A DNA stretch of 64,000 bases. Source: Parcubacteria group bacterium (GTDB lineage Bacteria; Patescibacteriota; Minisyncoccia; Moranbacterales; UBA2206). This document shows positions 49,325 through 58,760 of the stretch, one piece after another; the first letter of the stretch is position 1, and each line of letters begins with the position of its first letter. Below the pieces are notes generated by a model. The model worked only from the letters and a program-made list of their open reading frames with translations. It made no database searches and was not told the origin of the DNA. The position numbers and the translations under genes are program-made. The stretch spans positions 57,779 to 121,778 of the forward strand of contig JBAZYF010000005.1 in assembly GCA_041659505.1 (NCBI GenBank), read 5' to 3'.

Positions 49325-50524
49325 ATGAGCAATTATAAAATTAAAGATAAAAAAGCCATCAGGGGAATTATACGGGAGCTGATAGGAATTCTTAAGAAAA
49401 ATAAGAAAGATCTTTTTGCTTTAAATAAGATATGCACGCAAGATGCTCTGTGTTGGATAAAAGAAGATTGGGAAAACGTTATTGATTATTTGAAAAACTA
49501 TGAAAGAAATAATGAAAAAAATTTTTCAAAAAAAATAAAACCAAAGGGATCCGTTTTGATAATTCTTTCATATAATGAACCGTTGTTATTATCAATAATA
49601 CCAATATTGAATGCTTTGATTGGTGGCAATAGCGTAAAGCTTAAACCTAGCAGGAAGGCACGAGAAATTATTAAAAAAATCTGGCTAGATTCCGGTATAA
49701 TATTGAAATATAATTTAGATTTAGTGATCTTATTCGACGTTGCTCCTCAGTTGGTTGGACAGCAAATCAAACTGGTCAATGCGGTTTATTTTTTTGGGGG
49801 ACATGATGTTGCTAGAGAGATATCGAAATTATGTGCAGATAATTTTGTTGAATTTTTTCCAGAAATTGAAACGGCTGATTGTAAGGTGTTAAATATGAAA
49901 AGCAGAAAAGACTTTAATCTGGAGCGAGATATTTCGTTAACCTTGCGTGAGTCTTTTTCTCACGCCGGACAGATCTGTCATAGGATCCAGGGGGTTGTCA
50001 TAGTGGGTAGTTTATATCATCAATATGTTGACTCATTGAAAAAGCAATTCTTAGTATTGGGCGGTAGCAACTCGCAATGTTTTACTGAAGATTATAAAAT
50101 AGATAGGGATTATTTAAAAAAGGCTATATGTGATATTGAAGATGCTCATCCGGAAGAATTGATTTGTAGCAACGAGGAGATTGGTATACCACTGTTAGTA
50201 GTTTCGCCAGAAAAAGATTGCGAATTTGTCAAAAAAGCATATTTTTTACCTATACTTTGGGTTATTGGTTTTAATTCTGAAAAAGAATTATTGACCTTTT
50301 TAAATTCTAGAAAATATTACCTAGGATTAAATATTTTTAGTGATGACAATGCGTTTGTGGAGTTTATTATTGGGAGTACAAAATTTAGCCGTTATACAAT
50401 TAATACAGCGCATACTAAAATAAGATCTTATGAGGGCTGGGGAGGTGTTTGGCCAAGTGGTTATGGCGGATATAAAAGTTGGCTTGAACATTTTACTAAT
50501 CCCTATACTATTGTGCGAAAATAA
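49325..50524 (+). CDS. Aldehyde-dehydrogenase-superfamily reductase (LuxC acyl-CoA-reductase-like)
   Basis: ALDH-like landmarks: SVLIILSYNEPLLLS, GGNSVKLKPS, a candidate catalytic Cys in HAGQICHRIQGVV, and NEEIGIPLLVV. It is paired with the LuxE-clan ligase. Confidence 0.5.
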   Translation: MSNYKIKDKKAIRGIIRELIGILKKNKKDLFALNKICTQDALCWIKEDWENVIDYLKNYERNNEKNFSKKIKPKGSVLIILSYNEPLLLSIIPILNALIGGNSVKLKPSRKAREIIKKIWLDSGIILKYNLDLVILFDVAPQLVGQQIKLVNAVYFFGGHDVAREISKLCADNFVEFFPEIETADCKVLNMKSRKDFNLERDISLTLRESFSHAGQICHRIQGVVIVGSLYHQYVDSLKKQFLVLGGSNSQCFTEDYKIDRDYLKKAICDIEDAHPEELICSNEEIGIPLLVVSPEKDCEFVKKAYFLPILWVIGFNSEKELLTFLNSRKYYLGLNIFSDDNAFVEFIIGSTKFSRYTINTAHTKIRSYEGWGGVWPSGYGGYKSWLEHFTNPYTIVRK

Positions 50525-50758
50525 TTTTTTTACTTAATATTACTCGGCTATTTATTGAAATAGATATCCGAGTTAGCCTTAAGTAGTGGTTAATTGTTTT
50601 CTTGGTTAGACGAGTTCTTTTAAAAACTATTGCAATTGATAGGTGGGCAGTGTACATTGCCTGGTCTTGTTTCTCGAAATAGCTTATTTTGACATCATTG
50701 TCTTTTATCGATATACTAGCTATTGTAAACTTATTACATTAAACCTTGGAGGGAACAA

Positions 50759-51976
50759 ATGAAAGAAACTAAACTAGTATTAGAAGAATCCCGAGTGGAT
50801 GGAATTCTTAATCGGGGCGTAATCGTTGAAGTTCTGCCAACTAAGAAAGAATTTCGTGAGCGTCTTCTCAGTGGAGACAAAATGAAATTCTACATTGGTG
50901 CCGATCCTACATCAACCTCACTTCATCTTAGCCATGCTAAAAATTACATGCTTTTAGAAGATTTTCGCCGTCTTGGCCACGAGGTAATAGTGTTATTCGG
51001 CGATTTCACTGCTAGAATCGGTGATCCAACGGATCGTGCTACAGCAAGAAAGCAGCTTACGCGTGAAGAGGTCTTGGCTAATGTGCAAGACTGGATAAAT
51101 CAAATCCGGCCACTTATGGATTTTGATGCCAAAGAAAATCCTCCACGTATAGTTTACAACCATGATTGGTTGTCTAAGTTAACAATGGAGGATGTGGTTA
51201 ATCTGGCTTCAAATATGACCGTTCAACGTATGTTAGAGCGCGATATGTTTGAGAAAAGAATGAGGGAAGAGAAGCCGATTTTTCTCCACGAATTCATGTA
51301 CCCGCTTATGCAGGGCTTTGACAGTGTAGCTTTGGAAGTTGATGTAGAGCTTTGTGGCACGGATCAGACTTTTAATGCGTTAGTTGGAAGGACTTTGCTT
51401 AAGAAGCTCAAAGGTAAGGATAAATTTGTGGTAGCTGTGCATTTAATGGAAAACCCTGTCACGGGAGAGTTGATGTCTAAGAGTCGCGGTACCGGCGTGT
51501 TCTTAAATTCAACACCGTTTGATATGTATGGCTCAATTATGGCTCAGTCCGATGAAATGACGCAGCATTTCCTTATTTGCAATACCAGGATTCCGTTAGA
51601 TGAAGTAAAAAAAATACTTCAAGCTAAAAATCCTCGTGACGCAAAAATGATTGCTGCCTATGAAGTTACAAAGGTATTTCATGGCGAGGATGCTACTAAG
51701 GAAGCACAAGACAAATTTATCCGATTAGTTCAAAAAAAAGAATTTGCAGAAGACGTGCCCGAGGTTGTCATTACCAACCCCTCTATAGGCTTGTTTGATC
51801 TTCTACGCAAAGGTCTTAATGATGACTATAGCAACACAAAAATTCGTCAGTTAATAAGGCAAAAATCTGTGAAAATTAATGGCGAAGTTGTGGATGTTCC
51901 CGATGAAATCATACATTTAAGCGGAGCAGTTAATGTCCGTGTTGGTAAAAAAGTGTGGTTTAAAGTTGTTCGATAA
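50759..51976 (+). CDS. tyrS: Tyrosyl-tRNA synthetase
   Basis: YIGADPTSTSLHLSHA (HIGH region), GDFTARIGDPTDR, KMSKS as ELMSKSRGTG, and a C-terminal S4-like domain. Confidence 0.85.
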   Translation: MKETKLVLEESRVDGILNRGVIVEVLPTKKEFRERLLSGDKMKFYIGADPTSTSLHLSHAKNYMLLEDFRRLGHEVIVLFGDFTARIGDPTDRATARKQLTREEVLANVQDWINQIRPLMDFDAKENPPRIVYNHDWLSKLTMEDVVNLASNMTVQRMLERDMFEKRMREEKPIFLHEFMYPLMQGFDSVALEVDVELCGTDQTFNALVGRTLLKKLKGKDKFVVAVHLMENPVTGELMSKSRGTGVFLNSTPFDMYGSIMAQSDEMTQHFLICNTRIPLDEVKKILQAKNPRDAKMIAAYEVTKVFHGEDATKEAQDKFIRLVQKKEFAEDVPEVVITNPSIGLFDLLRKGLNDDYSNTKIRQLIRQKSVKINGEVVDVPDEIIHLSGAVNVRVGKKVWFKVVR

Positions 51977-52321
51977 GTTGTTTGAATATGGATGATTCGA
52001 TGGCTCAGTTTCTTTATCAGAAGCTGAGCCTATTTTTTACAAAAATTTATATTATTTATTTGCGCAAGCATAGTTTGGTAGGTTGGTCTTATTCAAGAGA
52101 AAGATATATGCTATACTAAAAACATTGGAAAGAAAATCATCTATATTGGCTTGAAGAGAACCCCCTTTATTTGCTAGAAAGATTATTCACTAAAAAGATA
52201 AAGAATAACATTCAGCATCTTAAGCTTGAATATTTTGCCGACAGAGAGGGGTTCTCTCGCGTTCCAACGCAGAGTCGTTAGAACGCCTCTTTCTTAAATT
52301 GTTATTGTAATAAAAAACAGT

Positions 52322-53353
52322 ATGTTACCACAAAAACTAAATCCAGGCGACACCGTCGTAATTGTTTCTCCGTCTTGGGGTGGGCCAAGTGTTTTTCCGC
52401 ATGTCTATGAAAATGGACTTAAAATTTTAACAGAGTGGGGACTGAAAATTAAAGAATATCCGACAGCGAGGGCTGATGCGGGATATCTTCGGAAAAATCC
52501 AGAGGTTCGTGCAAAAGATATTAACAACGCTTTTTCTGATCCGGAAGTAAAAGCTATTTTTACCTCAATTGGCGGTGATGATTCGGTTAGAATTTTGCCT
52601 TATCTCAATAAAGAAACTATCAAAAATAATCCCAAAATACTCATGGGTTTCTCTGATACGACAACGCTTCATGCATTTTGTAATCAATTGGGGTTGGTCA
52701 CTTTCTATGGACCATCAATTATGGCGGGGTTTTCTCAGATGAAAAATTTACCGGAAAGTTTTGAATGCCATGTCAGGGAGATGTTATTTGAATCGAAAGA
52801 TGATTATGAGTATATTCCCTATGGAGAATATGCCGAAGGCTATTTTGGCTGGTCAGATAAGAATATTGTCGGTAAAACTAAGGAGCTTAAGAAAGAAAAT
52901 GATGGCTGGAAATTCCTGCAAGGCTCAGGCATTATTCGGGGAGAATTGTTTGGTGGTTGCATCGAAGTTTTGGAAATGATGAAGGGAACGGAATTTTGGC
53001 CACAGCCAGAATTTTGGAATGGCAAAATTTTAGTATTAGAAACATCTGAAGATAAACCGACATATTCTCAGGTTGGTTGGATGCTTTTAAATTATGGCAT
53101 GCAAGGTATATTTGATCGAATCGGTGGTATTGTTATAGGAAGAGCACGAGATTATTCTGCGGAAGAAAAATTAGAGTTGGAGAAAAAAATTATTTCAGTT
53201 GTCAGAGATGAATTTGGTCGAGCAGACCTATCAATTATTGCTAATATGGATTTTGGCCATACTGATCCGCAATTTGTTTTACCATTGGGAGCAAAAGCGG
53301 AAATCGATTGTGATAATAAGAAGTTTAAAATAGTCGAACCTTGCTTGAAGTAG
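52322..53353 (+). CDS. LD-carboxypeptidase (peptidase S66; LdcA/MccF-like)
   Basis: VVIVSPSWGG...IKAIFTSIGGDDSVRILPYL...LMGFSDTTTLH (nucleophile Ser), with a downstream His/Glu region. Confidence 0.8.
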   Translation: MLPQKLNPGDTVVIVSPSWGGPSVFPHVYENGLKILTEWGLKIKEYPTARADAGYLRKNPEVRAKDINNAFSDPEVKAIFTSIGGDDSVRILPYLNKETIKNNPKILMGFSDTTTLHAFCNQLGLVTFYGPSIMAGFSQMKNLPESFECHVREMLFESKDDYEYIPYGEYAEGYFGWSDKNIVGKTKELKKENDGWKFLQGSGIIRGELFGGCIEVLEMMKGTEFWPQPEFWNGKILVLETSEDKPTYSQVGWMLLNYGMQGIFDRIGGIVIGRARDYSAEEKLELEKKIISVVRDEFGRADLSIIANMDFGHTDPQFVLPLGAKAEIDCDNKKFKIVEPCLK

Positions 53354-53417
53354 CTTCTTAAAAAGAGTATCCTAAAAACAGAAGCAGGCCTATTTCATCT
53401 AAAAGGAGGTGAGGAGT

Positions 53418-53579
53418 ATGCTTATTGACTCAACCGATCGTGATGCAATGTCTGATGCCAGACTTGCGCATACGCATCCAGAGGCTTATGAGGCCAAGAT
53501 GAAGGCAAGAGCCGAATGGAATCCCATAGGAGATCTCATTAATTTTCTCAGAAGGCTAATTGCCAGAAAAGGAAAGTGA
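53418..53579 (+). CDS. Small hypothetical protein (53 aa), not in the ORF track
   Basis: Strong RBS aaaggaggtgaggagtATG. Followed directly by a clean terminator. Confidence 0.35.
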   Translation: MLIDSTDRDAMSDARLAHTHPEAYEAKMKARAEWNPIGDLINFLRRLIARKGK

Positions 53580-53585
53580 GATCCA

Positions 53586-53628
53586 AGGCGTTCGGGTGTG
53601 TAAACACCGCCCGAACGCATTTTTTTTT
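53586..53628 (+). terminator. Rho-independent terminator (GGCGTTCGGGTG...CACCGCCCGAACGC + T9)
   Basis: Perfect long stem and a T9 run. Confidence 0.65.
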
Positions 53629-53991
53629 AAGAAAAGAGACAATCGATCGTCTTGGTTTTCAAAATAAGACACATACTGTCTCGTGTCTCATTTGTCTCAT
53701 TTCACCTTTGAAATTGCGACCGAGGAGCCTCAAAAACCACTTTGCCCAAGACCTCTAATAAATCCCTCAACGGCCTTATTCTTGAAAGTTCTAGACCGAG
53801 GATGCCCGCCAAAGAAAATGTAGGTCATCCCGCCAAGGCGGGGCCGTCCCCGCAAATAAAAATAAGGCTAACCCGCCTTATTTTTTTGTATTTTTTTGAA
53901 ATTTATCTTCAAACTGATTAGAAGATAATTATTTATTGACACCTATGGTATACTGAAACATATAATTTAAAAGAGCTAAATTTTAATTCAT

Positions 53992-54651
53992 ATGGCAGAA
54001 TTCAATGGTGGATTTCTTGAAAAATCTAACAAGATCAATGGAATATCGGAAGCGGAACGCGCTCCAAAAGGAGAGTTGGTTAATTTTCAGGAATTATCTC
54101 AAAAACAGGAAAATTTTTTGATAGATCGAATCGAGAAGAGCGAAGGAAAGATAATCGTTTTTATTCATCCGCATTATTCAGAGAAAGAATCAATTCATAC
54201 GGATATAGGATTTGTGAGCGCGGATAGTTTGAGAGGTATGAGGGAAGCATTGCCAAGATTACTTGCCGGTCAAAAAGAAGGTCATCCTCCAATTTTTATT
54301 TTCCATGATGCAAATAAGGTGGTAGAGTTGGAAGGTTTGTTAAAGGAAAATTTATTCACGGACGCATTTGTCGTAGGAACACATCCGGATGATCCCACTC
54401 CGGAACAGAGTAGTTGGGAAGAGCTTCTTGAAAAATTAAAATCCGTCGGTACCAAGACGGTTATTTTGGCTGGCATGAATCTTGTTATCAGCTGGCCAGA
54501 TGGCAACGGTGAGCCTGAATTGGCGGGCTGTGTAATGGAGGCAGCCAAAGAGTTTTCAAAGGAGTTTCTGGTTAGTATGTCACGGCGCGTTTATCCTAAT
54601 ACTAGAGAAGATTATCATCGTTATGGCGGTCCGACTGGGGCTAATAAATAA
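53992..54651 (+). CDS. Hypothetical protein
   Basis: ORF with an upstream AT-rich promoter-like region. No recognised motif. Confidence 0.45.
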   Translation: MAEFNGGFLEKSNKINGISEAERAPKGELVNFQELSQKQENFLIDRIEKSEGKIIVFIHPHYSEKESIHTDIGFVSADSLRGMREALPRLLAGQKEGHPPIFIFHDANKVVELEGLLKENLFTDAFVVGTHPDDPTPEQSSWEELLEKLKSVGTKTVILAGMNLVISWPDGNGEPELAGCVMEAAKEFSKEFLVSMSRRVYPNTREDYHRYGGPTGANK

Positions 54652-54747
54652 GTATTACCAATTAATAATAAAATCGTGTAGTCGGGGGCTATGATTGAGG
54701 ACTCGTAGCCCCTTCTTTTTATATAGGTTAGCTAATACAATAGAGAT

Positions 54748-55305
54748 ATGAAAATCATTTGCATCTTATTCCACGTCGGAAAAAAGAAAAGCGAAATAAC
54801 CCAAGATTCGCGGTGGCGTCTTTTGGCTGGGGCTGAATTAGCCAAGAAAAATGAAAAGGCACTGGTTCTATTTGTGGGAGGCGGAGGATTGGAAATTTTC
54901 GGAGCAGAACTCTTGAAAGAGTTTTGGGTTAAAAATTTTCCAGAAATTAAAAATGAATATTTTGTGCTAAATTCGTCCAACAATACTTTTGATAATCTCA
55001 AGGAAGTGCAAAGTTTTCTTGTAAAGAAAAGCATTTCTTTTCCCGAAGTTAATATTATCAGCAGTCTGTATCACCAAGAGCGATTGCAAAAAATTGCTAG
55101 CAAGTTAAATTCAAAAGCGACAATCTTGTCAGCTGAAGAGATTTTAATTTCAAAAAATAAGCAAATCGATGAGGTGAAAAAATATTTGAATTCAGCGGAG
55201 TACAGAAAAAAGATTTTTCTGGAATGGATTTTGAGAGCTTGTTTGTTTCTGGATTCAAAACAAAGAATGATCCGCGCCTGGCGTTGGTTTAGCTATAACC
55301 GATAG
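54748..55305 (+). CDS. DUF218/YdcF-like protein (tentative)
   Basis: ALVLFVGGGG...NTFDNLKEV...SSLYHQERL resembles the DUF218 core. Confidence 0.35.
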   Translation: MKIICILFHVGKKKSEITQDSRWRLLAGAELAKKNEKALVLFVGGGGLEIFGAELLKEFWVKNFPEIKNEYFVLNSSNNTFDNLKEVQSFLVKKSISFPEVNIISSLYHQERLQKIASKLNSKATILSAEEILISKNKQIDEVKKYLNSAEYRKKIFLEWILRACLFLDSKQRMIRAWRWFSYNR

Positions 55306-55515
55306 GAGCTAGCAACCTTTCATTAGGACTTTCATTCTTTCTACTTTCACTCCGATACTGTCCCAATACGCCAATATTCCCTCAATCGACCGCTCAAAAA
55401 TGTTCCCGACTAATAACTGTCCTTCCCGCACAAAATAGTCCAGAAATGGGCTATTTTTTTGTTTTTGCTCAACTTGTAGTATAATCGGTGTAATAAGCAT
55501 TAACCAATAAAAACT

Positions 55516-56016
55516 ATGTCAAAAACAACAGAAAACTTGCAAGCGGCGTTTGCCGGAGAGTCGCAGGCTAATCGGCGCTATTTGGCTTTTGCTAAAAAAG
55601 CCGAGAGCGAAGGAAATCTGGGAATCGCAAAACTTTTTCGCGCGGCGGCGGAAGGAGAGACGATCCATGCACTGAGACACTTGCAAACATTAGGAGAGGT
55701 TAAGGATACGGCGGAGAACCTGAAAGCGGCGGTGGCGGGCGAAACTTATGAAATCGACATGATGTACCCGGAATTTCTGACACAGGCGCAAGCGGAAAAT
55801 GAAAAAGGTGCGGAAGCTTCTTTTTCACAAGCGCTCAAGGTGGAAATGATCCATCAGGCGCTTTTTCAAAAAGCACTCCAAAAATTGGAAGCAGGGGAGG
55901 ATCTTTCTGATGTGGATTATTATATTTGCCCGGTCTGTGGTTATCCGGCGATCTTGGAAGTGCCGGATTTTTGCCCAGTTTGCCAGACGCCAAAAGCTAA
56001 ATTTCAAAAAAATTAG
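55516..56016 (+). CDS. rbr: Rubrerythrin
   Basis: Ferritin-like diiron motifs LQAAFAGESQANRRY and EGETIHAL. C-terminal rubredoxin-like CPVCGYP...CPVCQ. Confidence 0.85.
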   Translation: MSKTTENLQAAFAGESQANRRYLAFAKKAESEGNLGIAKLFRAAAEGETIHALRHLQTLGEVKDTAENLKAAVAGETYEIDMMYPEFLTQAQAENEKGAEASFSQALKVEMIHQALFQKALQKLEAGEDLSDVDYYICPVCGYPAILEVPDFCPVCQTPKAKFQKN

Positions 56017-56169
56017 CTTGCACGTTTTTTCAATACGGGCTATAATAGAAAGGCGCTAAAGAGGCGTAGGATAAGCAAAAAACGAACGCTTTTTTGCTTT
56101 CTGTTTTAGTTTGTTGATTGTTGATCCTCCTCCGTCCCGAAACATCGGGACTATGGCGGACGAAGAAAA

Positions 56170-56544
56170 ATGGTACCACGTGGTTATCTTTGGCTAGTGA
56201 GAATAATCGGTCTTATCGCTCTTTCCGTTTTGATTTTTATTGTGCTGAAAATTGATCCGGAAAAGGATATTTGGGCTAAACTATTTTTCTATCTCGCGTT
56301 TTTTTTCCTGCTCGGTTCTTGGTTCAATTTGGCCTTACTGCGAATGCGGAAAAATCGGATGCGGGGAGAATTGGTCGGTGATAATATCATACTTAGTCTG
56401 CATCAAGGCTTCCTTTTGGCACTGCTTGCGACAATCCTGCTTGTTCTTCAGGGATTGCGCATGCTTTTGTGGTGGGACGGACTTTTGGTAGTCGCTGGCA
56501 TATTTCTGATTGAACTCTATTTTCTTTCTAGGGAGAATGATTGA
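56170..56544 (+). CDS. Small integral membrane protein (4 TM)
   Basis: Hydrophobic segments only. Confidence 0.4.
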   Translation: MVPRGYLWLVRIIGLIALSVLIFIVLKIDPEKDIWAKLFFYLAFFFLLGSWFNLALLRMRKNRMRGELVGDNIILSLHQGFLLALLATILLVLQGLRMLLWWDGLLVVAGIFLIELYFLSREND

Positions 56545-56580
56545 ATGTAAAAAATAATTTTGTAGTAAATAAAAAACCAT

Positions 56581-58668
56581 ATGGCAGAAGATAATAAAAA
56601 GGCGAAAAGTAACGGGCCTGCCCGCAATGCTTCGCATAGCGATGCAGGCGGGGAATATAATGCCAAATCAATCCAAGTCTTGGAAGGCTTGGAGCCAGTC
56701 AGAAAACGTCCCGGAATGTATATCGGCGGAACATCGGTCGATGGCTTGCATCATTTGATCTGGGAAGTAGTCAATAACTCGATCGATGAAGCGATGGCGG
56801 GTCGTTGTGATAGCATAATTGTTAAGTTGCTCCCGGATAACATAATTGAAATTGAGGATAATGGTGCTGGTATCCCAGTGGAAAAACATCCGCAGACAAA
56901 AAAATCTGCCCTGGAAACCGTACTAACGGTGCTTCATGCCGGTGGAAAGTTCGGTGGCAATGGCTATAAAATCTCTGGAGGATTGCATGGCGTGGGTGTC
57001 TCGGTAGTCAATGCGCTTTCGGCATATCTCCGCGCTGAAGTCAAGCGGGATGGAAAAATTTATGCGATGGAATTTGAAAGAGGCAAGCCAAAAAGCAAGG
57101 ATCCAATCGTGGTGGGAAAAGCGAAAGAGACGGGAACAAAAATCATTTTTCAAGCTGATCCGCAAATTTTTCCCGAAATCAATTATTCCTGGGAAAGAAT
57201 CCTCGGCTATCTGCGCCAGCAATCCTATCTGACACAAGGCATTAGTGTGAAAATTTATGACACGCGCGAAGCGGGCAAAGAACGGGCTTATGGCTTTTTG
57301 TTTGATGGCGGATTAGTGTCTTACATCAAGTTTCTTAATCGAGGAAAGGCAATCAAAAATGAAATGCCTTTTTATGCGCGCAAAGAACAGGAAGACACAT
57401 TGGTCGAAGTAGCAGTGCAATATACTGATTCCTACAAGGAGCATGTGTTTTCTTTTGCCAACAATATTTCCACACCAGAAGGGGGAATGCACGAGGCGGG
57501 TTTTCGTTCAGCTCTCACGCGCGTCATCAATACTTATGCGAAAAAAACCGGTTTGTTGAAAGAGAAAGATGACAACTTTACGGCAGAAGATTTTCAAGAA
57601 GGCCTCACTGCAGTCATCAGTGTGAAACTGCGCAATCCGCAATTTGAAGGACAGACTAAGGCAAAATTGGGAAATGGTGAAATCCGTGGCATCGTTTCTT
57701 CGGCGACAGCTGAAGCGTTAGCGGAATACTTGGAAGCGCATCCGAATAATGCTAAGGCGATTATTTCTAAAATCTCCCTAACCTCAAAAGCGCGATTGGC
57801 AGCGCGTGCAGCGAAAGACGCTGTTATCCGCAAAGGCGCCCTGGAGGGAATGACCCTGCCGGGAAAATTGGCAGATTGTTCCAGTCGTGACGCTTCGCAA
57901 TCTGAGATCTATATCGTAGAGGGAGACTCGGCTGGTGGTAGCGCTAAGCAAGGACGCAATCGACGCTTTCAGGCGATTTTGCCACTGCGGGGAAAATTAG
58001 TGAATGTGGAAAAAGCGACGCTGGACAAGGTGGTAAAATCGGACACACTAAAGCCGATCATTATTGCCTTGGGTGCCGGCATTGGTGATAGTTTGGATAT
58101 TAACAAATTACGCTATCACAAAGTGATTATCATGGCCGATGCCGATGTCGACGGATCGCATATCCGCACATTGCTTCTGACTTTTTTCTATCGCTATTTC
58201 GAACCGCTCATCCGCAATGGCCATATTTATATCGCGCAACCGCCACTCTACCGTTTGCAAAAGGGAAAGGAAGTGAATTATGCTTTTACTGATCAAGGCA
58301 GAGATGTGCTTATCGAATCGATGAAAAAGAAAAGCGAGGCAAATAAAAAAGACAAAGCAGACAAAGCAGCGGAGAAAAATCTAGAAGAGATTGTGCCAGA
58401 AATCGTGATTGAAACCGATGAAGACGGCGAAGTGAAAGAGGAAGTGTCCGGTATTACGATCCAGCGCTATAAAGGTTTGGGAGAGATGAACCCGACACAA
58501 CTGTGGGAAACAACGATGGATCCGACGACCAGACTAATGATGCAGGTGAATATTGAAGACGCGGAAGCGGCGGACAAAATGTTTGATATCTTGATGGGTA
58601 CCGAAGTGGAACCGCGCCGGCGTTTCATCCAAACCCATGCCAAGAGTGTGAAGAATTTGGATGTATAA
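56581..58668 (+). CDS. gyrB: DNA gyrase subunit B
   Basis: GHKL ATPase motifs EVVNNSIDEAMAG, IEDNGAGIP and GLHGVGVSVVNALS. Toprim EGDSAGGSAKQGR and IMADADVDGSHI. C-terminal IQRYKGLGEMNP. Confidence 0.85.
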   Translation: MAEDNKKAKSNGPARNASHSDAGGEYNAKSIQVLEGLEPVRKRPGMYIGGTSVDGLHHLIWEVVNNSIDEAMAGRCDSIIVKLLPDNIIEIEDNGAGIPVEKHPQTKKSALETVLTVLHAGGKFGGNGYKISGGLHGVGVSVVNALSAYLRAEVKRDGKIYAMEFERGKPKSKDPIVVGKAKETGTKIIFQADPQIFPEINYSWERILGYLRQQSYLTQGISVKIYDTREAGKERAYGFLFDGGLVSYIKFLNRGKAIKNEMPFYARKEQEDTLVEVAVQYTDSYKEHVFSFANNISTPEGGMHEAGFRSALTRVINTYAKKTGLLKEKDDNFTAEDFQEGLTAVISVKLRNPQFEGQTKAKLGNGEIRGIVSSATAEALAEYLEAHPNNAKAIISKISLTSKARLAARAAKDAVIRKGALEGMTLPGKLADCSSRDASQSEIYIVEGDSAGGSAKQGRNRRFQAILPLRGKLVNVEKATLDKVVKSDTLKPIIIALGAGIGDSLDINKLRYHKVIIMADADVDGSHIRTLLLTFFYRYFEPLIRNGHIYIAQPPLYRLQKGKEVNYAFTDQGRDVLIESMKKKSEANKKDKADKAAEKNLEEIVPEIVIETDEDGEVKEEVSGITIQRYKGLGEMNPTQLWETTMDPTTRLMMQVNIEDAEAADKMFDILMGTEVEPRRRFIQTHAKSVKNLDV

Positions 58669-58760
58669 TTTGTATTTTTTGCAGTTTGCATTTCTCTTAG
58701 TTTTTTTGTATAATTTATACGGTTGAATAATTAACTCGTTTCTTATTTAAAAATAAAAGT

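Noticed and set aside
50525-50758. Possible T-box leader upstream of tyrS
   Set aside because: I could not find the conserved T-box sequence (AATTAGGGTGGNACCGCG) or a convincing specifier-loop / antiterminator arrangement. Only generic hairpins are present.
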